64,000 bases of DNA from Utricularia gibba (Eukaryota; Plantae; Magnoliophyta). The stretch lies in the NCBI GenBank assembly GCA_002189035.1, contig NEEC01000007.1, positions 620,001-684,000 of the forward strand. The letters run 5' to 3'. Below, piece by piece: positions 40,440 through 55,267 of the stretch. The stretch's first letter is position 1; each line of letters starts with the position of its first letter. Made by a program: the position numbers and the translations under genes. The notes below the pieces were generated by a model. That model saw nothing but the letters and a program-made list of their open reading frames with translations, was not told the origin of the DNA and searched no databases.

Positions 40440-40992
40440 CTCTCCTGCAAAAATCGCCATAACGGAATTGTTTCTCGCATCAAAATGTGACGAAATCGTC
40501 GACTCTACCAGACCTCGTTCAATGCAGAAGACAGAGAGAAGGACGCCGGGAAGGAGATTGAAACCGCTGTCTTCCTTCCTTTGCCCTCAGATTCTGAGAA
40601 ACAATGGAAGAAATACTTTCGCATCTGAACCTGAATATCCATCTCCAAATAAAAATTACTATCTATAAATATTTTTAAAAATTTAACTTATTTTTAATAA
40701 TAGAAACTATCTCAATTCCACCGAATTCCCCTCCTCTTGCTGTGGAAACGCGAAGAATTCGGTAGTGAGTTCTTATTATTTTCAACTTGTTTTATGCCGT
40801 AGAAATTATTAAAGAATATAAATAAAAAAGGTAAAATTCTTAAATATCATTTCAAAGTTACAATCATTTTCAAGTTTCAAAATTTCATCATACATACTTC
40901 AACTTAATTTTTTTATAAACATTTCTTGCTCGAACTTATTTTAAAATAAAAACTTTGATATAATATTTATTATAATTACAAGGGAAGATTTA

Positions 40993-42323
<1,331 letters not shown>

Positions 42324-42541
42324 ATCAGTCTGCTCTGTTCATTGCCCTAATTCCCTAATAAAACCCTAATTTCATTTCCTCGACGCCAATCCGACGTCGT
42401 ATGAGTGTCTGGTGCGGCAGTTGCGCGTATTCTATCCCGCAACTACTCTTCTGCCGAGAGAATATTTCCTTCATACGGCGGCGCGTTTCTTTTCGTGAAG
42501 CTTTCAGTGGCTGTGCACTGGCCATCGAAACAGCCTTGGAA
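42324..42541. promoter_or_regulatory. Short bidirectional promoter region with telo-box
   Basis: Only 218 bp separate the divergent ATGs of ALKBH2 and TRM10. AAACCCTA at 42361-42368 with two flanking ccctaat variants. Confidence 0.6.
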
Positions 42542-44053
42542 ATGGATACGGGACCACAGAAAAATGATGAAACTTCTCCAGGATGCGCCGCCCAGCCCAT
42601 GTCCAAGAGGGCACAGAAGAAGCTGCTGAAGCAGCAACGGTACGCTGCGAGGAAAGCGCAGAAGAAAGCTCAGGAGAAGGAACAAAAAAAGAAGGAGGCG
42701 GAGCGTAGGAAGAACGAATGGGCGGAGAAACTATCGAGCGTGGGGGAGGAGGAGAAATTGAAGCTCATTGAGGAAAGAATGGAGCGTAGGAAGGAGCGAA
42801 TGGAGAAACGGTCAGAGTTGAAGGGAATGAAATTAGCGAGATTGCGCGAAGCGACGATCAGTGGGCAGAATGTTGTTATTGATCTCGAGTTTGCTCATCT
42901 CATGAATTCTAATGAACGGAATAGCCTTGTTCACCAGGTATTCTCGCCGATTTTGGTTTAAGATTCTACCTTTTCATCGGAATTCTACGTTTCAGAGAAA
43001 ACAATCGGCTTTGCCTTTTCATATTACGAATCTTGTTGATGGGTTGTTTTCCCTGAGATCGCTCTTCAAGAACAGTCATACGTTTACGTTGATTTCCTGT
43101 TTGATTTGAGTAGAATCGACGCTTGTCTTTAACCATTTTTCAGTCTTTGGGGAACTATGTTTTCAAGTCAAGGATCAGTGTTTCAAGATTTCTAGTTTTC
43201 GATCTTCCTTTATCTGTTTCTCTTAGTCTTGCCTGTTGTTATTGAGAACTTGCATGATGACTTTCTTTTTCCTTATGTTGTTTGCAGATTATGTATTCCT
43301 ATTCCTTTAACGGGAGATGTGCCACACCTGCCCACATTTGGCTGACAGGGTGCCGAGGGAAATGCAGAGAGAGCTTCAACAGATTTCTGGGTATGATAAG
43401 TGGGTAATCGAGAAGGAGGATAGCTCCTACATGAATTTATTTCAAGATCAGAAAGAAAACTTGGTCTATCTCACTGCAGATTCTGAAAATTTGCTATCTG
43501 AACTTGACTCGAAAGCAATATACATCATTGGTGGGTTGGTGGACAGAAACAGATGGAAAGGTATTACTCTGGAAAAAGCAAAAGAGCAAGGTATTAAAAC
43601 TGCGAAGCTTCCATCGGTGACTATCTCAAGATGTGTAGTTCGCAGGTGAGTTTTAGACGTCCCTGGTTTCTCTATTACTTTCAAATATTTATTGATATAG
43701 CGTGGTATTTAAATACACTTCTTTTTGTTATCTGATTTGCTACAATATGGGAATAGGTCCTCACGGTGAATCAAGTTGTTGAGATACTGCTCAAGTTCAT
43801 CGAAACAAAAGACTGGAAGATATCCTTTTTCCATGTGATACCTCTAAGGAAAAGATCTGAAATGGGCCCTCATGACGAGAATGATGAATTTGAATCTGAA
43901 GGCACCGTTTCTAACATGGAAGGTAAAATTCATGAATCTCAAGAGGTTGTCAAAGATGGGGAAGTTGTAGATGATCAGAAGACAGAAATAGAAGAAGGAG
44001 AAGGAGATGGTGTAGGGTCAACACACGGAAGGTCAAAAGGCAGTGTGTCTTGA
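42542..44053 (+). CDS. TRM10: tRNA m1G9 methyltransferase (Trm10/TRMT10)
   Basis: [65 protein letters not shown](I)[16 protein letters not shown]...VIPLRKR. One-base frameshifts at 43357-43359 and 43611-43612. Confidence 0.92.
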
Positions 44054-44517
44054 CTTAAAGTTCTAATTTTGGTCGTTTAGCCATGATTTGCAATGAATCA
44101 TCTTCTTCGTGTATCTCGTATTCCAGTTCATCACGAAATACAAGTGTTTGCACTTCCGTTCAATTCGCTTCATTTCATGGAGTCAGTAACTAATGCTGGC
44201 TTGAACACATCATCAAGGTTGTTACATCCAACTCTTGCCTTGGGATATCTCATTGTCAGCTTTATTTTCGTCTTCAAATGTATTGTTTATCCCTTTAACC
44301 ATTTGTCACCTTCTTGAGATTGTGCTAGCTGTCTTGTCTTAATCATATTGTGAGACATTCTGCCGTAATTACGTAGGCTTAATGTCACTATCTGTCTACA
44401 TTTATGTTTGTTTCTTTAGAAATAGATTGGGAGAATGCAAGGAGAAATCATTTTCCAAAACATCTAGAAATATGTACATCTGATCCGGCTTCATGATTTT
44501 GAGACGGGACTGTTGTC

Positions 44518-47109
44518 TCATGTGAAAACAGGGCAACCATGTACTGCTATTCCTTTTGCAGTGGGACAACTAGCCAGAGGACAATGGTCTGGTTCGGATC
44601 CCCACCACTTGACATTGACGTTCTGATTTTGCAAGGCAAAGAACAGCAACACGGCCATGAAAGCAGTGCCAGCATCCAAGGCACCAGATAAGACGTAGTT
44701 ATATTTCTGCCACCATGTTTTCCTGTATTTGAACACGAAGTAGTTGAAGATAGTTCCTGTGAGGATCCAGCTAGCTATATTTGTAGGTGTTGCTGGTGGC
44801 ATTCCTGCAAAACCATATGCTATAACTGGGATGTTAATCAGGGGAATCCATTTGTTCTTTGGGAAGACCTTGCTCAGGATCCAGACAGGAACCGGCAAGA
44901 GTGCTCCGATGAGGAATAGCCACACAAGGTTATGATACATTGATCCCGGTCCAAATAGTCTTTTGGGACCAATAAGACCCCAAATCACAGTTGTATCAAA
45001 GGTGACTCTGAACTTGGGACAAGTCCAGGGGCTTGATGGATCTTTTGAATCTACATCACATAGGTTGTCAATGCTCCCCAGCATCCACCATGCCACAGCA
45101 AGGTTCACTATTCCGGATACAAGTGTCCCTACCAGCTGGAGAGATCAGACTTGTTTAGTCACAAGAGAGCGAAACAATGAAATCACAAAGGTAAAGAGAT
45201 GGAACCAGACCTGAGCTGTGTACATGATCCTTGGTGGTATTTTCAAGTAGTGACCTAGTTTGAGATCAGCTAAGAAAGAAAGAGCATGTGTGGAACTGAT
45301 TCTCCCATAGATCTTGAAGATAAGGGTGGCAATCGGCTTCCCGGGGAGAAGATAGCCGATCATGAACTGTGCTATAATGTCATAACCAGGTTGCTGCAAA
45401 AGCAAATGCCTGTTAGAACTAAATCCACTGGTTTTCTGCTATCTGTCGTCACTGAAGGTGAAGATTGACCTGGTTTGTAGTTGCTTGAATGATTCCAATT
45501 GGGAGGGTGACGAACAAAGCTAGTCCGAAGGCAAAGATCATCCCCCACCAGGGGAGCTGAATCTCTTCATGCCACACAAACGACATCATGAGAGAAACCG
45601 CTACGCTTCCAATGAGTAGGATGAGGAACCACCATTCAGGTACTTGCTTGTAACTTCTCATCAGCCTTGCGTGGATATCTAGTTTCACGTTCTCTACTGC
45701 TGATCTGCTCTGTCTCCAGATATCCCTAAACAAAGTAGCCTCAAGATCAGTATCATAAGAACCATACTCTCCGTTTGTAAGTGATGGCAAAACACGAACC
45801 TGCCATGGAACAAGGCTACATGTGTTAGAATAGCAGAAAACCTTGCGAAACCGGAGGCTATTGAGAGGGCAAAAAGAGGGCTAAGGTAGAGTTTGCTGTG
45901 CGTCTCGTATGCATGAACATCGAGCTCGTTGTTTGGAGTTAAGATTTCAGGGATTTTGTACTTGTGTCCATCAGAATCGAAGAGGAGACTGGAGAAGATC
46001 GGGAACTTCCCCGCATCAAAGGTGTTGAACTTCCAGTAGCAGACAGGTACGATGATGTAGATGAACATGATGAAGCCAACCATGATGTTTAGGATGGATG
46101 AAAAGGGTGTAACCAGAGGGCTGCCGTGGTAGGCCGAGATTCCGGCCCAGTCAAGGGTGAAGGCACCAACACCGAGGCCATGGTACCCGGAGCCGATTTG
46201 CTGCGCCGTGATGCTCCGTGGCCAGATCCAACAAACCCATGAAAAGAAGGTGAGAATTGGGAACAGGTAGCCTGGAAAAGCGTAGTACACGAAGCTTCCA
46301 GCCATGAAAATCAGGAAGAATCTCATTCTAGTCATCCCCTGGTTTCTAGGTTCCCTCTCGTGAAGTGCTCTGCAAGTATCAGTAACGGAGAACTGATTGT
46401 TTCAGCATGATGAAAAGGGTGACTGCAACTACCTCAAGTTATCAGAAACAGAACCTGAAGAGAGAAACTTGAGCCAGATTTGAAGGCCACCACATTTCAG
46501 CTGGATCTACCAAGAATCTTCTCATAATTCCAGCCCACCCATACCCCAGTAGCTGCAATTTTCCCAGCAAGATGAGATTTTATTCAAACCGAATGATCAA
46601 AAAGCAGCAACAGTAAGCTACCTGAGTAGTAAGAACAATCAGGAGGGCACAGAGAAACCCGAGGCTCTGCTTGTAATAAGCTTTCATAACCGTTATAGCT
46701 CCGATGGAGTAAGCATCGCCTCCTCCGACTGAGACACCGCAATTGGCCATCACGGTGATAACCACGTGCTCTTTGATGTTGAAGGGACCTGGGTTGAGGC
46801 TGAATTTCCAGCGCCCAAAAAGAGTGTACTCATTGGACGGCAGTTTCGCGGCCATTAATTTTCCGATGGGAGGACGATGATTTGCATCAAAATGGCGGAG
46901 ATGGACAGAGGCTGAGTTCTGTAGATGAAGAAGGTGTTAAGAAAAATGAGGACGACGCAGGAGATCAGCCCCAGGACCCACACACGGAAGGTCATTACAG
47001 GGAGAGATGGGTCGTCGGTTTCCGGCACCACCAATGCAACTTCCTCGATTGGGCATCTTTCCTCCGTCACGTCCGCCGCTGTCCTCCCCAAGTCCTCCAC
47101 CGTACCCAT
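44518..47109 (-). CDS. OPT3: Oligopeptide transporter 3 (phloem iron transporter clade)
   Basis: [92 protein letters not shown] are diagnostic of OPT3. One-base frameshift at 46868-46870. Confidence 0.94.
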
Positions 47110-48510
47110 CCTGAAGACTAGTGGCAGAAGGAATGATTGAAGTCAGCTGGGTTCAGATCATCACCGGTATATATAAAACCAGGGATTCGAGAGTGCCACG
47201 CGGCGTGCGTCCATTCGCACACCCATACAATTATTCATACACCCGACTACTAAACTACCACACCCAACCCCGGGCCGCCAGCCTTCCCCGGGCCGGCGCC
47301 ACCAATCGCGGCGGAGCTGTATTTATTATTTTTTTATTCAATTTTATTATTCCCTTTTTAAAAAATTAATTAGGGTTATGATGAAATCTGAGTCGCGGTC
47401 GGGTCAATACCCATGTCAACAACCTTGTTTTCTTTCATAGTACCCATCAGCCAATCAGAAAATTTATCAACAAAAATATTAAAAACAAATAAACACAAGC
47501 CGCATATTTTCTTTTTTAATACATCATGATTGATTGCACCCACTGCTTCCTTGTCGGTTTACGCTCAAAGGCATTGAAAATTTCAAATTATATTAATTAC
47601 AAATTGCAATATTTAATACAAAAAATAATTTGTGTAATTTAATTAATTACACAAATGATTAATTAGACCCTAAAATCAAGCATATACCAAGTCATGCATG
47701 AATTTCAATTGAAATCAATGTTCGAAAATTCGAAATTTTAAATTTGATCCAAAAACCAAAATATTAAAATATCTTATATAAAAAAGTTAAATTTCAACTA
47801 AATATAAAACATTGATAGAATAACCTTAAAAGTGCTTGGAAAGTTACAAGCACAAGTGAGTTGGGGCACTAGTGATGGTGGGGGGAGAACCATGAGCTCC
47901 CAAAGCATTCATCTCCATCCCCTTGATTCAAAATTATCATGAACAACTTCATCATCGACTCTATTTTTTTGCGTTTGTAGAAAACAAATTACGTATGTTC
48001 GATAGATGCAATTTACATGATTTGTAGTATAAATCTTCTTAAAACAAGGTAACTTGTGTACAATTTAGTGTTTGAATAAAAAATGAAGATGAATAAAAAT
48101 TCGTATTGTGTATGACTTATTCTCTTATCTTCTATAAGATGCTAAGCTTCCTCCATACCTTACATTTCTCATCCATCCATTTGCAAAAGCTATAGAATCT
48201 TGGAGTGGATTTGACTTGCGTTGACTGGGCTTAGGAAAAACTGATTAATTGACTATAAAAAATAATATAATTTTTATGTAGGAATTTTAATTATTCCCAT
48301 TTAATTGTAGTATCTAATATTTTAGAGTGGTGTAGGGATGGTTTTGGAAGTTGGAGTTTTATTTTAAATTAGTTTTAAATATTTTAAAATTACTATTTAT
48401 GAAAAAAAATTTACTAAATTTATGGAGTAAAAGCTTCAATTATTGAGAATAAATTTACAGAGATTGTGCGATCCTTTTATCCTTAGTATGAAGGAACATT
48501 GAGATTTAAA

Positions 48511-48729
48511 TAGTGTTCTGGAAAATTTTTAAAAACTTTTTTTATTTTTCAAAATTCTCTTTGAAAATAAAAATTAACCAACTTGTTATTTTTTTAAAAA
48601 TAATTTTTGTAATTATAATTTTAAAAATATTTTTGATAAAATTAATTTTACAATTAAAATTGTTCTAGAATACAAATATTTTTATTTTTAAAAAATAGAA
48701 ATAGATTTTAAAAATTTTCTAAAACACTA
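48511..48729. mobile_element. MITE with ~26-bp terminal inverted repeats
   Basis: 5' tagtgttctggaaaatttttaaaaac vs reverse complement of the 3' end tagtgttttagaaaatttttaaaatc. Possible TA target duplication. Related copy at about 29975-30204. Confidence 0.65.
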
Positions 48730-48941
48730 ATTTAATATTTTAAAATTAAATTCAATCTACTTTTGATTTATTCATAATTTTTAGATTCAATGATTACAAA
48801 AATATTATGCAAAATAAAAATAATGATGTTAATTTTAATATTTTTTAAAATTTTTTACAAAAAACCCAATTTCGGTTAACTAAAATTGAAGCACTTACAA
48901 TGCAACCGTTGCATAACACCTGGAAAAGTGTATACATTTCA

Positions 48942-49466
48942 CTAATACCCATAGTCATAAGAGAAATCAGACAAGCCGACCATGGCGGTAACAACCTGGG
49001 AAACCACAAAAATGCCACCTCCGATCATGACGATAACTAAAAGGGCTGTAACGGGGCTCTTCATCAGCTCAACAATCGGCTGCAAAAGAGTGTAAATCGC
49101 ACCAGTGCTCACTGTCAGCACGTATAGCCCATATCTCCTCATGTTATCCCAGAACTCCTCCATCAGCGGCCCTTCCGGCCCCAGCGCCACCGCCCGGTGA
49201 TCCTCGAACCCCATCAACAAAAGGGCGAGGCCTAAGGATGCAGCACCCACGATTAAAACTCTTGATTTCGAAGGAATCGCGGGTTTGGCTGCCGCTGGTT
49301 GCTCTTTTGAGGCTTTTAGACTCAGGACTTTCGTCGAACGGCTTCCGAGCGTGGAGGAGATTGGCCTTCCTCCATTTACAAGATTGGGTTTCGGCTTCTG
49401 AGGGAATTTGGGGTGTGGGTGGATGAATTGAAGATGGAGATGCAGGTTGAGCTTCGCTGCTGCCAT
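48942..49466 (-). CDS. ycf33: Ycf33-like chloroplast membrane protein
   Basis: Transit-peptide-like N-terminus, then ALGPEGPLMEEFWDNMRRYGLYVLTVSTG...VVSQVVTAMVGLSDFSYDYGY*. Intronless. An in-frame upstream ATG exists at 49526. Confidence 0.85.
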   Translation of the reverse strand: MAAAKLNLHLHLQFIHPHPKFPQKPKPNLVNGGRPISSTLGSRSTKVLSLKASKEQPAAAKPAIPSKSRVLIVGAASLGLALLLMGFEDHRAVALGPEGPLMEEFWDNMRRYGLYVLTVSTGAIYTLLQPIVELMKSPVTALLVIVMIGGGIFVVSQVVTAMVGLSDFSYDYGY

Positions 49467-49899
49467 GGCCGCTCGTGCTTGCTGGGATGTCAGCCTCTCG
49501 CCTCTTCCCTTATCTGCAATACTCATTTGGGCCGTATATTGGGTTTTATTGCACTGAAAATTGGGCCATGGGCCTGAGCTTACCGTTAAATTTTAAAATT
49601 CAATCAAAATTTAAGATAAATCAAATATATATTATCTTGTTTATTTCAAGAATAAAGAATAACAATTAGTTATTAAATGACATTCCTGCCCCTATGGTTC
49701 CTTACTCATGCAAGTTGTCCAATGTCCACCGCCTGAGACTTTATCGTCTTTTCATCCTCCTCCTGAAATTTGAAATTTCGTCGGTGCAGCGCCTGAGTTT
49801 TGAATCAAGCAATTTGTCTTCTTGCTGAGGTGTATTTTTCATCAACGAAGATTGAATCGGGATTCCCAGAATCCGATCGACTCCATCTTCATTTCGTCA

Positions 49900-51211
49900 A
49901 TGGCTACCATTAAATCTGCGACTCGCTACGCTGCCGCTAGCAGCGGCAAGCCTGCCGACAGCAACACGCGTACATTGGCTAAAAAACCCGGCGCAAATCA
50001 TATCGATTTCGGCTCCATGGTGAGGAAATTGATCGACACCAAGAAGAATAGTAATCCCGATAAAGCTCCAAAGCTTTTAGTGGCTGCTGATTTCGTGGCG
50101 GAGGGTTTGAAGCGGGATAGGAAGAAGGGTTCTTCTGGCTTTGGTGGGCTGCAAAAGAAACTGTTCAATGGCTCGTTGGGATCCTCGGGGGGCAAAACGG
50201 GGTGAGGAAAGTACGAAGAAGGCGCTGTCTGAAGTGAAAAGCAATGCGAGGACTTTGGCTATGGTTCTTCGAAGTGAGAGGGAGTTGTTGAGTTCCAACA
50301 AAGAGCAGGAGGAGATCATTTGTCAACTCAAAATCTTGCTTGAGGAGAGAAACCAAGAGGTACCAAAGTTCTCTCACTGCTTTTGTTGCATCAAAGACAA
50401 TGATGCTTGTCCTGAAGTTGTGACCCTTTCTTGGATTCCTGTTTTGTGTCCCGAAAAATTCAGGTGGAGAAGTTGAAAGATTTGTGTCTGAAGCAAAAGG
50501 AGGAGATCAAGTCCTTAAAAAGTGCAGTGCTTTTTCCAGATGTAAACAGTTCATCATTGGAAGATTTGGTGGAGAAGCAGGGATTAGAGCTGAAGCAAGC
50601 AAGAATGCTTATACCAAATCTTCAACAACAGGTGACTTCTCTTACAGGGCAACTTCAGTCTCTTGCTGAGGATCTTGCAGAGGTAGTAACAAAGAATCCC
50701 TTTGAGTCCATTTCCTGTAAACCTAAGGTTGCTCTTCACAGGTGAAAGCTGATAAATATGTCAGAAGTGGGAACACTGATACCAGCTTCGCCTCCCCTAG
50801 AACACCATCTTATGATCAAGACGAAGATGGTTCCCTGGTATGAATTAGTTAAATCAATGGCTAGATGATTCATGCTGCTATCCTCATGATTCAAGATTAC
50901 TTATTTGTTTCATCAGTTTGATCAAGAAGAAGAATATATGACTCCTAAGAGTGCAGATGGCATGATGCTCAAGGATTTCAATCCCTGCCTCACACCTCCT
51001 TTTCAGGCTAAATCCAATGTAACCTTTTTCCCATCCAAATCCGCAGAAAAATCCCATCCATTCTTACTGTGAATCATTCTCACAGGAATTGAGAGGAAAT
51101 GTGTCTCCTGCTCCAACTGCTCAAAAACTCCAAGGATCGTCTCGTGAAAACCTGATGAATAAATACCATGGGAAGATGTCTAAAAGCACAGAGCAATGCA
51201 GATCCTCTTAA
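49900..51211 (+). CDS. Conserved coiled-coil protein of unknown function (At4g17240-like)
   Basis: FGSMVRKLI, GFGGLQKKLF, KALSEVKSNARTLAMVLRSERELL, VEKLKDLCLKQKEEIKSLKSAVLFPD, DFNPCLTP, KMSKSTEQC. Frameshift in the G6 run at 50187-50192. Confidence 0.82.
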
Positions 51212-51659
51212 GGGGTCTAGAGATGACAAAGATAACCATTGAAGGAGAGTTCATGGCAATTTCTCATAGCACGTTCTGAGTATCTGTGCCTTGAATCTTT
51301 TTCTGTCTTTGTCACTGATGGTCAATAAAACACTACAGCTTCAGTTTCAGCAGCTTCTTGTAAAGTCTACTATGCAAAAACCATTTACAGAGGTGGAAAA
51401 AAATAAAATTACGTTTAAAAGTAGATAAGCAACGCTACGCACGGACAACAAAATCAGAGATGACACAACTAAATATTAGAATATTAAAAATTAAATAGAA
51501 TCATTTCAGTAAATTCATAGAGATTCACGATTTTAAAAAATATGTGTAATAAAGTATTAATAAATTTAATAAACCATGTAATAAAGCAATTATTACTCCA
51601 CGTGGAAAATAGCCCACAGAATGACATCACAAGCCAAAAAAGAAAAACAATGAAGAGTT

Positions 51660-51944
51660 TTAGAGACGAAGACAAGTGTCCACTTCAGAGCATGCTGATT
51701 CCCAATCCACCTTCAACGGCATCGTTTTGATGCGCCCACCGTCGGGTTTCCGATTCAACGCCACCGTCTCCTTCGCCGGAGGGTCGGGCCAGAGAGATAA
51801 AGAGAGCCTACAAAGCGGCTCCGACTCGTCGCTCTTTTGCTCCCTTCTGTTTCTCAGCTCTTTGGCTCTCTCCAACTGCCGGAACCTCTCTTGCAGCAAA
51901 GCGATGGAGGAATTGGAAGACGTTTTGGAACTTGTGCGATCCAT
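51660..51944 (-). CDS. Small conserved plant protein (94 aa) with SIALLQERFRQL motif and EAR-like C-terminus
   Basis: SSIALLQERFRQLERAKE...LSLSLWP...EVDTCLRL*. TATA-like tctatataat about 50 bp upstream. Resembles a recalled family ending DVDTSLHL. Confidence 0.75.
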   Translation of the reverse strand: MDRTSSKTSSNSSIALLQERFRQLERAKELRNRREQKSDESEPLCRLSLSLWPDPPAKETVALNRKPDGGRIKTMPLKVDWESACSEVDTCLRL

Positions 51945-53803
51945 GGAAGAAGGCTCTCACTGTCTGATGCCCAACTCTTCTGCATGGGGATTATATAGAG
52001 GGAGTTTTCGATATTTCAAAAACGATATATGGATTGAAAATAGTGAAAAATCCAACAACAAAACGACAAAGAAAACATGCAATTGCAGAAGGTTTTAAAA
52101 AAATAAAAGGGAAAAAATGGTTAATGAGAAAGTGCCAACACAGGGTTAGAATTAGTAAATGGAGCTGTGTGAACCAGAGAATATTGTACTTTACCTCGTT
52201 TTTCTTCATGAATACGAATTGGTATTCGGGAGCCTTCTTTGGCATATCTAGGGTTTAATCCCCCTTTTAATGTGCTAGGAGCCTAGGGTTTTAGATAATG
52301 AGAGCCTTCTAAAATTGAGATTTTGTATGAGAAAAATGGCTAATCATAATACAAATTTTTTAACTTATTGTATAAAAAAAAGTGTATGAGTGGTCACTTT
52401 TTTAAATCATCCGAATATTTAACATAAAGTCATCCATATAGAAGGAAGAAGAGTTTTTTTATCTTGTGGAGGAGGGTGGAATAGTATGGGGTTTGGAATG
52501 AAGTATGAAGAGGACACTCACACAGTAGCAGCTACTTGAGGAAAATGATGCTCCCCCACAGCTTGAAAAGCTCCTTTTTGATGGAAATGGAAACCACTCA
52601 AAGGAGACGCTTTCCCCTTGTCTTCTCTGTGGTGGGCAGGAAAAGCTGTGGGCACGATGATGAAGGGCTCGCAGCACCTGCGTGTCTGGCCTCTTCGTCC
52701 GTTGCGTTCTAACATTGCGTGAGTCAGTCGCCAGCATTCCGACCGTCTCTTCCAATCAACTCCGATGGCGACCACCACCTGCGCCCCCGCGCAGGCCAGG
52801 TCAAACGCGCCCTCCAAATCCACCCACTTCCCGCATTTGAAGAGTCTTCTGGTTATGTGCCCACATGGAGCGCTGCATTTGAAGAGGAAGGCGGTGGTGC
52901 AGTGGAGGATGCAGAAGGGGATCAGATTGGGCGCAGAGAAAGGAAGCTTCTTCTCCTTGTCTAGAAGCGTATGGAAACCTGCAGGCTCTATTTGGTTTCT
53001 TCTTCTTCTCCTGTCTGCTTTCTAGTTATCATGTGATGGTCAATTTAATACCATTGTTGATGCTCTTTTTCTCGTCCTTGAAATGTGCCTTCTCCATTGG
53101 CTTTTACAACGATGCTCAAATCTGGTCCCGCCCATACATCATCTACTTGCACAAAAAAGACGATCCTATACGGTTGGATGCGTCCTGTCGGAACCCACGC
53201 TCCAAATTCCTTACCAAACGCTCTTATGACACATACTTTAATAAAAGATCCTTGTTTTAAAAGCCCAGAATGAAAGGTGACATAAACAACTTAGATTAGA
53301 AAGTATGAAATTAAGTAGAATAATTACGTAAATCTTATACCGATTTTTTTCCGAATATGATAGAGTTTCATTGATAGGAATTCCAAAATTAACCGTGTTT
53401 GACCTAAGGTTATTTCAATATGAATGATCAATTGGAAACCTTTTGGGCAAATATGAAAAAAAACATAAAATTTTAAAAATTGAAAATTCGAAATAAATAA
53501 TATCATATAAACGAAAGATAGATCGTGATAAAAATATTATAAAGTAGTTATTTTGAATGATAGGGTATTTATTGAAAGTTTTTTGAATAATTTATTTTTT
53601 AATAAAAAATACATGAAAGATAAATTATAATTACTTAGATTATAAAATATATATTACTGACATTTAATTAATTATTTATCTTGAATATATAGGCGTCAGC
53701 TATGGGCCTGGCCCATTCCAAATAAATAAATTTTTACAATTAAAAAAACAACATTAAACATATATTTTTCCCCTAAGGACGGCAGTCGCAGAGGCTCTGA
53801 TTT

Positions 53804-55128
53804 CTATATCCTTCCTCTGTATCCATTGAATCCAGTTTGCTGCATCCTGATGGCCGCCGCGTTCTCCTCCCGTATGCTCTTCTTCCGCCTCAAGACGACG
53901 ATCCACGTGTACACTTCGAGAACAGCGGCGGCAAGAGCCAGTATCGCCACAACTGCTGTATATGCACGCCGCCACTGGTGCTCTGGTTTCAGAATATTGA
54001 GGCCCTTGAAAATGTTGACGATGCTGAGAAGAATGATTGTGTATCCTATGGAATGATGCTGAATGTTCCATAGAAGCCTGTGCTTGTTATCCTTTTTGGG
54101 TCTCAGAAGCAGTGCCGAGAGCTGTTTGTTTTTCAAATTATGGCAACTTGTCATGATGGGGATCTTTCGCTGTCAACGAGAAAGGGATGCCGCAGCTACC
54201 TGAATTGTTGTTAGGCAGAAGATGGCTATGCCGATTGCTCGATGGGTGGGGTGGGCGGTGCCAGCGGATTGGGAACCGAGGTGGAGGCCGATGGCCCAGC
54301 CGGAGACTCCGAGCAAGTAGCCGGAGATTTGGCAGGAGACGTGGAGGTAGAACCACGCTGGATCGGCGGAATGGAACACTCTCATGTACCTTGCTGTTAT
54401 GGCTCCGATGGGGAGCAAAGTCCCCCATCCGACTGCATTCAGGACTCCGTGGATCTGAGTAAAGAAACAATATTAGGGAAACAGTTCAGGAAAAATAAAT
54501 ATGTGGTGAAAACCTTCTCACATTTCTGACAGGTTGAACAGAGTTTCCGCTGGCGCTTGTCGTTGTCCCCGACTGAAAATCGATCGTCCCACAGACTGTA
54601 GATTAGCTCCGTACTGATTATGCGGCTGAGGAGATCCGTCGGAAAGTGGGCCTTCTTGCCATAACTGATGGAGGGAGCCATTCAGGTTTCCCAAAAGCAG
54701 AGTACCGAATATAATAATATCATTCCCAGCAAAACTCGCGGCTAAATTCACCACCGGGAAACTCAAATCCGCTGGCTGCACCGACGGTTGTAAATCGGTA
54801 ATCTGCGTCGTGTAGGCCGCCATGGTTCCATTTGATTGCTGAAACGCCACCAGGGCCTGAGCGCCGATCATCCCTCTCCTGGTGGGGTTCAGGGCCCACG
54901 CCGCCCACCGGTTGGGAGAAGCGCCGCTGTGCCGGAAAGCGATGCTGACCGTATGGGATAACGAATCGTAGTTCCAGTGTAGAAAAGAGTTCAAGTAGGG
55001 AAGATCCATGCATTCATGGTAGACACGGTTGCCGGAGAAGGAGTAGCTGGAGCAGGAATCGCCATGAACCCCGGGAAGAGAAGAGGAATTGTGAGAGGAA
55101 TGAGGAGGAGCCGGAGAAGAGGCTCCAT
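53804..55128 (-). CDS. Cytochrome b561 and DOMON domain-containing protein (CYBDOM)
   Basis: Signal peptide [23 protein letters not shown] domain ([13 protein letters not shown]...[16 protein letters not shown]), b561 domain ([37 protein letters not shown]...HHSIGY). One-base frameshifts at 55069-55072 and 54578-54580. Confidence 0.92.
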
Positions 55129-55267
55129 GCCGGAGCCCCAAGAAGAACAACGCAGTATTTGTAGCAGAAACAAAAAAAAAAAAAAAAAAAAACCACTGTT
55201 AGTGTTGTGGATCAGCTGAGGTAAGAAGTGTCCAATTCAGTTGTTACCGTTATCATATTGGCTTTGA

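Noticed and set aside
40709-40770. Short hairpin (caccgaattc / gaattcggta) upstream of WEB
   Set aside because: A 9-10-bp stem built around palindromic GAATTC sites; no Helitron CTAG end or RNA-gene features.
47190-47215. CACGCG/CGTGCG motifs next to the OPT3 TATA box as iron-responsive elements
   Set aside because: Not the canonical CACGTG(G) site; cannot be distinguished from ordinary GC-rich proximal promoter sequence.
52866-52886. Partial match to a miR397 star-like sequence (agcgctgcatt)
   Set aside because: No complementary guide arm nearby, so no precursor hairpin.
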